64,000 nt of DNA from a virus (taxonomy: Duplodnaviria; Caudoviricetes), in IMG/VR virus record IMGVR_UViG_3300019889_000014, positions 23-64,022 of that record; one strand, 5' to 3'. The stretch's first letter is position 1; each line of letters begins with the position of its first letter. The notes under the pieces were generated by a model. That model did not search any database. It worked only from the letters and a program-made list of their open reading frames with translations, and was not told where the DNA came from. This document shows positions 54,627 through 64,000 of the stretch, one piece after another. The translations under genes were made by a program, and so were the position numbers.

Positions 54627-55054
54627 CGCGTCTGGCGGAGGATTCCCAACCCGAGGGCGTTGTATTGGCCGGCAACTTCACGAACGGACAGCCGCGCCAT
54701 GCCGTGCAGCGCCTGCTGGGAATGACCAAATTCGAGCGCTTCGATGTAGGGGAGGCTGTTGCAGAGGTAGGCCACATGGCCGGCCTTCATCTTCGAGACC
54801 AGCGCCGTGATCGCGGCGATGGTCTCCTGGCCGTCTGGGGACTTCTTCTCCCAGTCGAAGCCGTCGCGGCCGGCACCGAAACTCGGCAGCCAATTGCCGC
54901 GAGCGCGTCCGGTGTCAACCGGGGTGCGCAAGACCACCTTGACGAACACCTCCAAGGTGATCTTGCGTGCAATCAAGGTCAGGCTGAGCTTGGTCCTCTC
55001 CGCGAAACGGGTCAGGTCCAGAGTGAAGCTCTGGCCCCGAGGGTGGAGTGCCAT
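54623..55054 (-). CDS. HK97 gp10-like tail completion protein
   Basis: TPVDTGRARGNW, N.LPY...LEFGHSQQA. Confidence 0.85.
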   Translation of the reverse strand: MALHPRGQSFTLDLTRFAERTKLSLTLIARKITLEVFVKVVLRTPVDTGRARGNWLPSFGAGRDGFDWEKKSPDGQETIAAITALVSKMKAGHVAYLCNSLPYIEALEFGHSQQALHGMARLSVREVAGQYNALGLGILRQTR

Positions 55055-55060
55055 TTGCTC

Positions 55061-55252
55061 TCAGTGCAGCCGGATCAGACCCGGCTCAAGCGCATAGGAA
55101 GACACGTCGACGCGGGCCCAGGACTTACCGTCCATAGGCTCGGCCAAGTAGATCAAAGCGTGCTTCGGCCTGCCGTTCTTGTCGGCCGTCACATTCGTGA
55201 TGACACCACCATGCTCGCCGTCGAGCACGACGCGGTCTCCAACGGCTATCAT
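55061..55252 (-). CDS. small hypothetical protein
   Basis: Packed ORF. Confidence 0.45.
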   Translation of the reverse strand: MIAVGDRVVLDGEHGGVITNVTADKNGRPKHALIYLAEPMDGKSWARVDVSSYALEPGLIRLH

Positions 55253-55617
55253 CGGATGACCAATTCCCATGCGAAGGCACCTCCCGAGCTAATATCGTTT
55301 ACAAGAATTATGTCGTATGTCCGGCCACTGACTCCGAGGCGGTCTGTCGGCTCCGGGGCAACGGTCAGATCAAAAGCATAGGCATATTGGTCGGACGGCT
55401 GCACCTCCAGATTTCCGGAGTACCGGCCGGTAGATATGGGGGCTGACGAGATCACGACTCGGCAGGGGTAGTCGGTGACGGTCCTGCCAGCGGTCTGCGT
55501 CATAGGATCATATGTCCCGGCAACGACTCGGGAGACCGTTGCAGGACGAACAAAATCACCGAATTTTGGCAGGAATGTTTCGATTTTGTTGCGAAAATAG
55601 GCTTGCGTAATAGGCAT
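55249..55617 (-). CDS. head closure protein
   Basis: GTYDP.T motif and synteny. Confidence 0.65.
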   Translation of the reverse strand: MPITQAYFRNKIETFLPKFGDFVRPATVSRVVAGTYDPMTQTAGRTVTDYPCRVVISSAPISTGRYSGNLEVQPSDQYAYAFDLTVAPEPTDRLGVSGRTYDIILVNDISSGGAFAWELVIR

Positions 55618-56214
55618 CTATGCCCGCTCCAGGTGCAGGATAGCCGCGCCGTCTCCGGCACCGCCCAGCAGGTACGGCCGGAGCTTCAATTCCAGCTTCG
55701 GGAACCGGGTCGTCTGGTCGCGGATGGTGCCCTCGTTGTCGGTGTAGACGATGGCGCTCTCCAGCGGCCCGACGACGATCTTCTCCGACTTCACCCGGCC
55801 GGGGCCGACCGGGTCGAGCGGCGGCAGCAGCGGGTCGACCGCGCCGGTCGCCGACAGGGCGATGATCGCCGTGGCCTCGCGCACCGGGATCGGGACCAGG
55901 TCCGAGGGGATCACGATGCCGGACGACTTGGTGATGATGTTCCAGTATTCGGGCTGGTCGCCCTCGATCACGACGTAGCGGCGCGGCCAGTCCAGAGCCT
56001 GGATCGCCGGCCAGGTGCGCTGGCCCTGCCACTTGCCGTTGAACATCTCGCCGATGTAGGCCGTGGCCCGCCGCAGCGCGATTTCCTTGGTCTCGGTCGT
56101 GTAGCCGACCCAGGCCGAATTGCCGAATTTCAGGTGGTATGAGTCCGCATCGGCCACGCTGATGTAGCTCTCGGCGTTGGCCTTGCCGGTGCCGTCCTCG
56201 ACGATCAGCGCCAT
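55618..56214 (-). CDS. head-tail adaptor (DnaT-like family)
   Basis: MALIVEDGTG..NAESY.SVADA, QALDWPR. Confidence 0.85.
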   Translation of the reverse strand: MALIVEDGTGKANAESYISVADADSYHLKFGNSAWVGYTTETKEIALRRATAYIGEMFNGKWQGQRTWPAIQALDWPRRYVVIEGDQPEYWNIITKSSGIVIPSDLVPIPVREATAIIALSATGAVDPLLPPLDPVGPGRVKSEKIVVGPLESAIVYTDNEGTIRDQTTRFPKLELKLRPYLLGGAGDGAAILHLERA

Positions 56215-56217
56215 GGT

Positions 56218-56430
56218 TCAGGCCCTGTTCGCTTCAACCCGGCCGAGGAGGTCGACCAGCGTCATGCCCTTGGTCACCGTGATCCGGGCGCACATCGGGC
56301 AGACCTGGCCGTCTGGGCACTTCTCCCAGTCGCCACGGCAGACCGTCAGGATGTCGCCCGGATCGGCGCCGACCAGCGCATAGGCCAGAGCGTCCTCCCG
56401 CGTGGGGAAGACGCTCGTGTCCAGGTCCAT
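56218..56430 (-). CDS. small hypothetical protein
   Basis: Packed ORF with Cys cluster. Confidence 0.5.
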   Translation of the reverse strand: MDLDTSVFPTREDALAYALVGADPGDILTVCRGDWEKCPDGQVCPMCARITVTKGMTLVDLLGRVEANRA

Positions 56431-56431
56431 G

Positions 56432-56755
56432 TCAGCTTCGGGTCGTGCGGTTCGCGTTCCGCGCGGCTTCGTCGGCCTTGGCCTTCGCGTCCGCCCTCGC
56501 CTGAACCTCGGCCCTGGTCTTGTCCTCGCCGGACGCCTTCTCCTTGGCCGCCTTCTCAGCCGCCTCGGTCTCGGCCTTCTCGGCAGCTTCCTGCTGCGCC
56601 ACCTGGGCCTTGGCCGCCTCGACCTGGTCGTCCGTGGTCAGGAAGTTGGCGTCCTTGTAGCCCCGCATCCGAGCGTTGGCCTCGGCCGGCGAGCCGGCTT
56701 CAACCACGATCAGCCGGCCCGAGATGTCGTGGAGCGTCATGAGATTGGGCATCAC
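56432..56755 (-). CDS. Ala/Lys/Glu-rich hypothetical virion protein
   Basis: GGAG RBS, follows capsid gene. Confidence 0.55.
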   Translation of the reverse strand: MMPNLMTLHDISGRLIVVEAGSPAEANARMRGYKDANFLTTDDQVEAAKAQVAQQEAAEKAETEAAEKAAKEKASGEDKTRAEVQARADAKAKADEAARNANRTTRS

Positions 56756-56812
56756 CCGTCTCCTCTGGAATCAACAAAACCCGCCGCAGCACCAGGCTGC
56801 GGCGGGTCCGGA

Positions 56813-57928
56813 TCAGTCGTCGATCTTCACGCCGAGGCGCGGGTCGATCGCCTTCGCACCGACCAGGAGGTCGAGCGAGATGGTGTCGACCTTGGAGTTC
56901 ACGTCGTAGCCCTGCACGACGCGGATGCCCATGCCGTTGCCGCGGATGTAGCCGGCGCTGGCCGCACCCTGCGGCAGTTCCAGCGGGACCACAGCCAGGG
57001 CGAAGGCGTTCGGGTGGAACGCGATGGCCGAGGTGCCGGAGCCGGCGCCAAAGGTGATCGCCGCACCATCGGCGAAGCCGCCGGCCGGCGCCTGCGGCGC
57101 GAACGCCACAACCGCCACGGCGCCGGTGCCGTCGACCGTGTACGTGTTGGTCACGGTGAAGGTGCCGACCACGCCGGCCACCGTGAACGCCGTGCCATTC
57201 GGCAGCAGGCCGGCCGCAGTGGCGCCGTCGATCGCCATGGCCTGGGCGCCGGCCGCGACCGCGCCGTTGATGGCGGGCACGCCGCCCGGCCCGACCGCCT
57301 TGCCGATGTTCTGGCTCATGTACCAGTCGATGCCCATGATGTGGCCCAGCGAGGCGTTGCGCAGGGCCTGGCCGCCATCAGCGCGGGTCGCGGCGTTGTG
57401 GACGGCGTCGATGCCCATCATCGCGGCCTTGATCTTCGGGCTGACGATGGAGTTGCGCGGGGCCACCGGCACCCGGTTCTCGTTCAGCGCCAGGTCGATC
57501 AGCGCCAGGTCGTTCAGCGTGGTCATGCCGGCCACGGTGACGATGCTGGTCAGCTGGGTCGCCTTCGACAGCAGGTAGCGGTCGACGCCCTCGGCAATGG
57601 CCAGCATCGCCGGCTGGACCAGCTGGGTGGAGAAATCTTCCAGCTCGAGGGTCCACTGCTTCGAGGTGACCTGGAAGGTCACGTCGAAATGCTTCTCCAG
57701 CACCAGCGGGATGCCGGTCTCCTGCGCGTTCTGGATGACGACCGCGCCGGTGAATTCCTGGGCGGTGAAGGTCGCCGGCTTGCGCACGGTGATGGTATCG
57801 CCGACCTTGGCGCCGGTGAATTCGGTGACGTAGTCCCGATACACCAGCTGTGCGGCCACGAGGTTGCTCTGGAGCACCATCAGCGCTTCCTGCGCAATGA
57901 TGCTCGGCGTCAGAAAGACGTTGGGCAT
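56813..57928 (-). CDS. major capsid protein (P22 coat-like)
   Basis: N.FLTP.IIA.EAL..L, GDTITVRKP, FHPNAFAL, SLDLLVG. Confidence 0.88.
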   Translation of the reverse strand: MPNVFLTPSIIAQEALMVLQSNLVAAQLVYRDYVTEFTGAKVGDTITVRKPATFTAQEFTGAVVIQNAQETGIPLVLEKHFDVTFQVTSKQWTLELEDFSTQLVQPAMLAIAEGVDRYLLSKATQLTSIVTVAGMTTLNDLALIDLALNENRVPVAPRNSIVSPKIKAAMMGIDAVHNAATRADGGQALRNASLGHIMGIDWYMSQNIGKAVGPGGVPAINGAVAAGAQAMAIDGATAAGLLPNGTAFTVAGVVGTFTVTNTYTVDGTGAVAVVAFAPQAPAGGFADGAAITFGAGSGTSAIAFHPNAFALAVVPLELPQGAASAGYIRGNGMGIRVVQGYDVNSKVDTISLDLLVGAKAIDPRLGVKIDD

Positions 57929-57999
57929 GTCGGAACTCCAGGGGAAGGAGGGATGGGCCGGGTCTCAAGCGCCGGGGCCATCCCCACTCCCGGCAGCAG

Positions 58000-58785
58000 C
58001 TACCGCGACTGCGCTCCCCTGGACTCCCGCCACTTCGCGTATTCGACGGGGTTCATTTTCGCGACCTGATCCGGCGTGACAGAGCCGCGCTGGCCGCCGC
58101 CATCGGTGCCGCCGCCACCCTTGGGTGCGGGCCACCAATGCGGTGCCTTCTCGCGCATGCTGGTCAGCCATTCCTCCAGCGTCATCGGGCCATCAGCGCC
58201 GACGCTGTCGTCCTTCGGGTACGGCTTGCCCTCCTTCACGGTGAAGGCGACACGACCACGGAAGACGGCGTCGTCTACGGCTGACGGAAGCAGGCCGAGA
58301 TCGGCTGCGGCTTTGCGCAGGCCGCCATCAAGAACAAGTACGGAGATCTGCTCGGCCAGGCCGGAGATTTCCTTGTCCTTGGCGGCAACGGTCTCGGACA
58401 GCTTCGTTTTCTCGCGGGAGAATCCATCCTGGAGGGACTTCGTCTTCTTGTTGACGTAGCCCTCGATGTCACCCTTCGCGAGGAGCTTGGAGTCCTCGTC
58501 CTTCTCCATCCGCTCGACGAGCGACCGGACGGTTTCGGGATCAACGTCTCCAAACTTGCCCAGCGCCTCGCGCGCCGTCTTGACCTCGCCGAGCAGTTCG
58601 TCGCGCTTGGCGGCGAGCGGCTTGGTCGCATTCTCGACGGCGGCGCGGACCAGCGCCTGAATCTCTGGATTGTTCGGATCGAGTTTCGGAGCCGGGTCGC
58701 CGCCGCCGCCTCCTGTGCCGCCGCCTCCGGCGGGGTCATCAGCGGGCGCAAGCAGTTGCAGGCTCAATGGGGAGCGTAGGTACAC
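58000..58785 (-). CDS. scaffolding protein
   Basis: Coiled-coil, L..KRDELL.E, APHWW..GGG; directly before capsid gene. Confidence 0.8.
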   Translation of the reverse strand: MYLRSPLSLQLLAPADDPAGGGGTGGGGGDPAPKLDPNNPEIQALVRAAVENATKPLAAKRDELLGEVKTAREALGKFGDVDPETVRSLVERMEKDEDSKLLAKGDIEGYVNKKTKSLQDGFSREKTKLSETVAAKDKEISGLAEQISVLVLDGGLRKAAADLGLLPSAVDDAVFRGRVAFTVKEGKPYPKDDSVGADGPMTLEEWLTSMREKAPHWWPAPKGGGGTDGGGQRGSVTPDQVAKMNPVEYAKWRESRGAQSR

Positions 58786-59023
58786 AGCCGTCCTCTGGTC
58801 GGTTGTGGGCGCCTGAAAGGCAGCTCTGCTGCGGGTTTCAGGCCGAAATTGGACCCCAGAAATGCGAAACGCCCGACACCGCCTCTGGCGGCCGGGCGTA
58901 TCTCCGGAAGTACAACGTGACCCGAGTTAGACCCAAATTGGGTACAAAGTCAACAATCCTGCCCCAGGTCTTGTGTCCCGGAACTGTAATCGGGCAGGCT
59001 ATGGGGCAACCAAGGGGGACGTG

Positions 59024-59476
59024 ATGGGATTCAAGTACCTGCCAGGCCAGAATATCGTCGATGACGACGCCGAGCTGCTGGTCAACACCGTGAATTGCGT
59101 CGGGGTCATGGGCAAGGGTGTCGCCCTCGCTTTCAAGACCCGCTGGCCGGGGATCATGGCGCCGTACAAGGCCGAGTGCCGGATGGGCCTTCGTCCCGGC
59201 GCCTGCCCAATCCATCGCCTCCCCGGCGGCCGGCATTGGGCCGCCCTTGCCACCAAGGATCACTGGCGCGACCCGAGCCGCATCGAATGGGTTGGCGCCG
59301 GCCTCGCCGTTCTGGCCGGCAGCGCCAAGGTCATGGGCATCAAATCCATCGCCCTGCCCCCGCCAGGCTGCGGCAACGGTGGGCTCGACTGGCGCCAGGT
59401 CGAGCCCATCGTGCTCGCGGTCTTGTCCGGCTTCGATGTCCGGATCTATGCCGAGCCGGCTACCGCAGCAGGGTGA
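59024..59476 (+). CDS. macrodomain ADP-ribosylglycohydrolase (DarG-like)
   Basis: VNTVNCVGVMGKGVALAFK, TKDHW..PS, SIALPP.GCGNGGLDW. Confidence 0.85.
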   Translation: MGFKYLPGQNIVDDDAELLVNTVNCVGVMGKGVALAFKTRWPGIMAPYKAECRMGLRPGACPIHRLPGGRHWAALATKDHWRDPSRIEWVGAGLAVLAGSAKVMGIKSIALPPPGCGNGGLDWRQVEPIVLAVLSGFDVRIYAEPATAAG

Positions 59477-59642
59477 CGCCCGGCAGCAGGCTCAGCAGGT
59501 AGAGCAGCAGCACGATGATGACCAGGACCATGATCGCGGTCTTGATCCATTGGTCGATCGGCAGGGTTCGGACCAGCCACATGATCAGGCCGGCGATGAT
59601 CAGGATGACGATGAGGTTGATCAGCAAGGCAACCGGGAACAT
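59460..59642 (-). CDS. small two-helix membrane protein
   Basis: LINLIVILIIAGLIMWLV..LP...K..IMVLVII; GGAG RBS. Confidence 0.7.
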   Translation of the reverse strand: MFPVALLINLIVILIIAGLIMWLVRTLPIDQWIKTAIMVLVIIVLLLYLLSLLPGVTLLR

Positions 59643-59658
59643 TCTCAGTCTCCACCGA

Positions 59659-59694
59659 GGGGTTACGGGACGGGTTACGCGGGGGGTTACGGGA
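59659..59694. repeat. three GGGTTAC repeats at 12-bp spacing
   Basis: GGGTTAC at 59660, 59672, 59684. Confidence 0.7.
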
Positions 59695-60131
59695 TGGTTT
59701 GCGGACACGAGGTCGTGACCGAGGTCGCCGCGCTGATGCGGCGGCTGGACGAGGTCATCGTCGAGGCTGAGGCCGACGCCGAACGTGGTGAGCGTCGCCT
59801 GGTCGTCCGGCGCGAGATCCGCACCGATCACGTCCGGCTCTATGTCCGTGTTGGCCTGCGCGGCGTACCCGATTCCCGGTACGCGGCCCGAGCGCTGAGC
59901 CTGGTCGACATCACCATCGACGAGGACTACCGAAGCCGCGGCATCCTGCACCTGACCATGGCCTGGCTGGAGCAGCGGCGGGTGTTCGACGGGATCTACA
60001 TCGAGAATGTCTTCAACGACCGGCTGGTCGCGTTTCTGCAGCGCCGGGGCTACCAGTCGTTTCCGGCATCCGTGGCGCCGATCGCCGGGTCGTGGTGGCG
60101 CCGGCATCCGCCTACAACCCCGCCCGCTTGA
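59694..60131 (+). CDS. GNAT-like acetyltransferase
   Basis: ITIDEDYRSRGI (motif A), ENVFN..L..FL.RRGY; start uncertain. Confidence 0.6.
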   Translation: MVCGHEVVTEVAALMRRLDEVIVEAEADAERGERRLVVRREIRTDHVRLYVRVGLRGVPDSRYAARALSLVDITIDEDYRSRGILHLTMAWLEQRRVFDGIYIENVFNDRLVAFLQRRGYQSFPASVAPIAGSWWRRHPPTTPPA

Positions 60132-61233
60132 ACGCATCGGCTTCACGGGCGCGCAGCTGGTCGAGCGTGTATTCCTTCCCCGAATAGTCGACGAAACTGT
60201 CCATCGACAGCTTGCCGTCCAGGTACAGCTTGGCCCTGGTCGGCCCGAGGACTTCGCGGACGAAATCGACCGGCTGGGTTCGCAGCCAGTCGTTGTAGGA
60301 CAGGTCGCCCGGCACCTGCGTGATCAGCCTGTCGCGCTGGTCCTTCGGGATCTTCGACACCGGGACCGTCGCCCGCACTGCGGGCCGCTCGCCCGGCCCG
60401 ATCTCCGGGATGTCGAGGCCGAGTTCCCGCCAGGTCTTCAGGACCGGGACCGTGGTCGACCGGCAGCGCCGATGGGCCGGCGGCCGAGGTCCGTGGCCGA
60501 GCGGGTAGATCTTGCCGTCGCGCGACCGGCACACCGCCGAGGTCCGGCCGTCCAGGGTCGACACCCAGCGGACGGCTTTGATCAGGTCGGCGTTCTCGCG
60601 GTAGACCAGTTCCCGCGCCGACGACGCGACGCCGTTGACCGCCGTCCGGACCAGGTTCTCGACTTCGCTGTAGGTCCGGTTCAGCCCCTCCTCTCGGATG
60701 CGCCGGATGATCTGCGGCGTGGTCTCGCCGGTGACGTAGCCTTCCCGGATCGCGGCGATGACGCGGGCGCCCTCGGCGTCCGTCATGGCGTTGATCTCGT
60801 CGCGCAGCAGCCGCCCGATGAACGGCCGGTTCGACACCGCCGCCCGCAGCTGGGCCGGCGCCACCATCGCCACGTCGAGGACGATGCCGAACCCGGTCGC
60901 AAGCTGGGCCGCCTGGAACGTGCCCTCATAGGCCGCCAGGTCGCGCAGCGCCGCCGTCAGGTCGCCGTTGAGAACGTCACGGGTCGACTTCTGGAGAGCC
61001 TGGATCTCCTCGCGCAGCGCCTGCAGCCGCTGGGTCGTCCAGTTCGGCGTCGGGATCTCGGCCGCATCCCTCGCCGTCAGGGCTTCGAGGCGGGCGCGGA
61101 TTTGGCTCGCGAGGCGACTGTCGGCGGCGTGTAGCAGCTTCAGGACGCGCCGGAGCGTGCCGGCGCTGTACCGGAGCAGGTACACCATGTGGCGGGCGGC
61201 CACGTCGATCGCCAGCGCCTCTTGCGGCGTCAT
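60112..61233 (-). CDS. head morphogenesis protein (SPP1 gp7/Mu F family)
   Basis: LVRTA, STLDGRTS.VCRSRDG, PPAH.RCRST. Confidence 0.9.
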   Translation of the reverse strand: MTPQEALAIDVAARHMVYLLRYSAGTLRRVLKLLHAADSRLASQIRARLEALTARDAAEIPTPNWTTQRLQALREEIQALQKSTRDVLNGDLTAALRDLAAYEGTFQAAQLATGFGIVLDVAMVAPAQLRAAVSNRPFIGRLLRDEINAMTDAEGARVIAAIREGYVTGETTPQIIRRIREEGLNRTYSEVENLVRTAVNGVASSARELVYRENADLIKAVRWVSTLDGRTSAVCRSRDGKIYPLGHGPRPPAHRRCRSTTVPVLKTWRELGLDIPEIGPGERPAVRATVPVSKIPKDQRDRLITQVPGDLSYNDWLRTQPVDFVREVLGPTRAKLYLDGKLSMDSFVDYSGKEYTLDQLRAREADAFKRAGL

Positions 61234-61236
61234 GGA

Positions 61237-62715
61237 TCACGCTCCGGCCGCCGGCTGCGCGGGCTCTGCCGGCGCCGCCGGGTCGCCGCCGTCCAGGAGC
61301 GCCGCCTCCTCCATCGCCTGGTCGAACTCGGCCTGGAGGGTTTCCGCCTCCATGACCGGATCGAAGCCGTCCGCCAGGAAGCCGCGGCGCATCAGCTCGG
61401 CGAAGAACGTCTCCCGGCTGATCTCGCGGGCACGGCGCATCGCCAGGATCTGGTCGATGTCCTTGCCCTCCTCCTCGGTCAGGTCGAAATCCTTGAAGAT
61501 GTCGACCGAACCGCCGGCCTCGTACTTGCCGCCGAGCCACATCGAGGTGAAGCCCAGTCCCGCCTCGGTCTGGTCGGACAGCTTGGTGACCATCAGGCCC
61601 AGCTGGCTGCGCTGGCTGGCCGCGTCGATCTCGGACGCCGTCGCGGTGATCGACGTGATGCGCGGGCGCAGCAGCTCGAGGCCGAGGACCGCCATCCGAT
61701 CTTCGATCGCCAACAGGTCTTCCTTGCCGGCGTTGATCGCGGCGCCCTGGTGCTCGACGAAGCTGATCTTCGCCTGCGGGTCCGACGACCGGATCATCCG
61801 GGTCGGCCCGATCTCGACCGCCTGGATGTCGTCCTCGGTGAAGCCGGCCGCGAACAGGATCGGCACCCGCGCAATCGACAGGATGCAGCGCTGGTCGGAC
61901 GAGGACTGCCAGTGCTCGACGTTGAGCCAGGCCAGCTCCATCAGCGGCGGCTCACCGATCAGCGGATCGCTCGACGAGCCGTACACCGTCGAGCACAGCG
62001 GCACGACGCCGAGCGACGACGGCGCCTCGGAATAGAGCGACCACACGTCGTCGGAGGACTTGCGCCAGACCTGGACCCGGTAGGGCTCGACCACCCGCAC
62101 CTGGTGGATGACCTCCTCGCCGAACGGGCCGTTGTCCTCGCGGACGCATTCCCGGTAGCGGATCTGGGTCAGCCTGGGCGAGCCGTCGCCCTCGGCCCAG
62201 CGCCAGCCGATCAGGTCACGCGGATGGATATGCACCCAGTACGGCCGGGCTCCCTCCCGCTCCGCATCGGCCAGGGTCGCCCCCTCCCCGAGCTGGGGAT
62301 AGCTGACCAGGAAATGCGAGGCGCCGTGCGAGCACAGCGTCCGGAACTGCCGGGCCATGAACACGGAGAGGTTGTTGCCTCGCCGGTCGATGTTCTCGGC
62401 CAGGGCCGTGATGTTCGCCGGCACGTCCGGCCCCGACGTGATCGACCGCTGGAACGGCCGGGCCGCCACCGCATTGACGGTGCGCTTGTAGGCCGCGAAC
62501 AGGAACGTCGACTTCAGCCGCCGGGCGAAGGCACTGGCCGCCTCCTTCGGGAACGGCGGCAAATAGATCTCGGCCGCGGCACGCATCGCTTTCGTGCCGC
62601 CAAGCAAGGCGTCGATCATCTCCCAGTCTTCGCAGGCGTCGGTATATGCCTGGATCGGCGTGTTCACGTCGTCGTGTTCGGGATTCAACCGATCGGACAC
62701 GGTCGTCGGGGGCAT
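61237..62715 (-). CDS. portal protein (DUF4055)
   Basis: LLGGT.AMR....YLP....E...RL; PPL.ELA.LN..HWQ..SD. Confidence 0.88.
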   Translation of the reverse strand: MPPTTVSDRLNPEHDDVNTPIQAYTDACEDWEMIDALLGGTKAMRAAAEIYLPPFPKEAASAFARRLKSTFLFAAYKRTVNAVAARPFQRSITSGPDVPANITALAENIDRRGNNLSVFMARQFRTLCSHGASHFLVSYPQLGEGATLADAEREGARPYWVHIHPRDLIGWRWAEGDGSPRLTQIRYRECVREDNGPFGEEVIHQVRVVEPYRVQVWRKSSDDVWSLYSEAPSSLGVVPLCSTVYGSSSDPLIGEPPLMELAWLNVEHWQSSSDQRCILSIARVPILFAAGFTEDDIQAVEIGPTRMIRSSDPQAKISFVEHQGAAINAGKEDLLAIEDRMAVLGLELLRPRITSITATASEIDAASQRSQLGLMVTKLSDQTEAGLGFTSMWLGGKYEAGGSVDIFKDFDLTEEEGKDIDQILAMRRAREISRETFFAELMRRGFLADGFDPVMEAETLQAEFDQAMEEAALLDGGDPAAPAEPAQPAAGA

Positions 62716-62777
62716 GTCTGTTCTCAATCGAGGCGAGAACACGGGCGCGAACCGGGTCCAGGCGGGTTGATGACGTG

Positions 62778-63311
62778 TCAGGTTGCTTTCAGGGGCGATT
62801 CCTTCGGCAGGAGGGACCGGTGGATGATGGCCCAGCCGCGGGTTGAGCCCGGAGACCACCAGGACGGAACCTCGGCATAGACGAACCGGGCATCTTCGGG
62901 CGCCGGGTCGTCGCTATAGGGGTGTGTGACCAAGACGGAGTTGTGCCAGCTGCCGCATCCCTTGGTCCCGGCCCGGCGAAACCAGAACAGATGATCGATT
63001 CCTGGCGACAGATCCGGCCAGCGCATCTTGTCGGGTTTGCCCGAAACCTGCGGGCCGTAAGGGTTGGTGAACCGCCACAAATCCAGAAATGACGAGCTGA
63101 TGTACCTCCACTCGCCGCCCAGCAAGGCCGGGAGCCCAGTCTCGCAGAATATCTCGACGGCCCGGACGCGGGCCTCCTCTTCCTGCCGGAAGAATCCTTG
63201 CCATTCAGGGTCTTGAGTGGACGGCGTCCGGGCTCCGAGGAGCTGCTGATGCTGCGCCCACCGTATCTCCGTCAGGATCGGTGCCATCTCAGGGATTTCG
63301 AGCATCGGCAT
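62778..63311 (-). CDS. hypothetical protein inserted between terL and portal
   Basis: AGGAG RBS; lower GC. Confidence 0.55.
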   Translation of the reverse strand: MPMLEIPEMAPILTEIRWAQHQQLLGARTPSTQDPEWQGFFRQEEEARVRAVEIFCETGLPALLGGEWRYISSSFLDLWRFTNPYGPQVSGKPDKMRWPDLSPGIDHLFWFRRAGTKGCGSWHNSVLVTHPYSDDPAPEDARFVYAEVPSWWSPGSTRGWAIIHRSLLPKESPLKAT

Positions 63312-63319
63312 CGGTCTCC

Positions 63320-64000
63320 TCAGAAGGGCATGGACAGGGTTGCCGTCCGGCTGACGTTCGAGGTCAGCAGGTAGCGGGTGTCGTCCGCCGCGTGATCCTC
63401 GGCGTCCGTGTCAATATCGTCGGGTTTTTTCAAGTCCCGTTGCAGGACTGGGACAGTCCTGATCCAGTGTTCGCAGGTATCGAACACGTACAGGCCCGGC
63501 AATTCCAAGTAACGGTCGATGGAATTACTGAGACGTTCCCGCATCAGAGCCCAGCCAGGCACGCGGGAATTGTCCGCCCGGTTGAACACCATGACATGGC
63601 CGGCCTTGCGGGCGCCGTCCCGCATCTGGTCGTAGATCGACGGGCCGCCCTCGGTGCGGTAGATCGACGGGTCCGCGACGCAGCCCGACCACTGCTTGCC
63701 GTAGCTGCGCTGGGCGATGCCGGCGCCGAGCAGCGCGTTATCCAGGCGCAGGCCGACATTCGGCTTGATCCCGCCGCGCTCGTCCTCCTGGCACGTGTAC
63801 CACTCGGACACCCGGATCGTGCTGCCGCGCGGAAAGTACCCGCCGTCCGGCGCCTCGGTGCCATCCGAAATCGCCCAGATCCCCAGGCTCGCCGGCTTCG
63901 CCGAGCCCCAGTCGAACGACCGCCGGAGCCGCCAGGTCTTCGGGATCTGGAACGGCTTCAGCACATGCCGCTGCGGGTTCCAAACGTCGTCGAAGAACCC
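63320..64000 (-). CDS. terL: terminase large subunit, C-terminal part (truncated by window)
   Basis: SFDWG, ADPSI, EDHAADDTRY nuclease motifs. Confidence 0.88.
   Translation of the reverse strand, partial: GFFDDVWNPQRHVLKPFQIPKTWRLRRSFDWGSAKPASLGIWAISDGTEAPDGGYFPRGSTIRVSEWYTCQEDERGGIKPNVGLRLDNALLGAGIAQRSYGKQWSGCVADPSIYRTEGGPSIYDQMRDGARKAGHVMVFNRADNSRVPGWALMRERLSNSIDRYLELPGLYVFDTCEHWIRTVPVLQRDLKKPDDIDTDAEDHAADDTRYLLTSNVSRTATLSMPF

Noticed and set aside
1-64000. CRISPR array, diversity-generating retroelement or IS element
   Set aside because: No regularly spaced repeats, reverse transcriptase or transposase motifs seen

Overview
Most of the genome (the window ends inside terL, so it is larger than 64 kb) of a GC-rich temperate siphophage, probably of an Alphaproteobacterium (alpha-type tRNA-fMet, CtrA box). 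It is seen in its excised form because attP is intact. Order: (1-8 kb) small early/accessory genes punctuated by three type I hammerhead ribozymes; a DUF5131 + methyltransferase-like + ParB-N module; an iteron/AT-rich origin with helicases, VRR-NUC and DUF2303; a cro/cI switch whose S24 domain lacks the catalytic dyad; YqaJ/RecT; many small ORFs; excisionase-attP-integrase targeting dusA; a multi-HTH protein; a phosphatase; a cluster of five tRNAs (one lacking the D-arm) with structured non-coding flanks; then a minus-strand late operon (lysis, tail, head, portal, terL) interrupted by plus-strand macrodomain and GNAT genes. All calls come from manual motif reading; no searches or folding programs were run.
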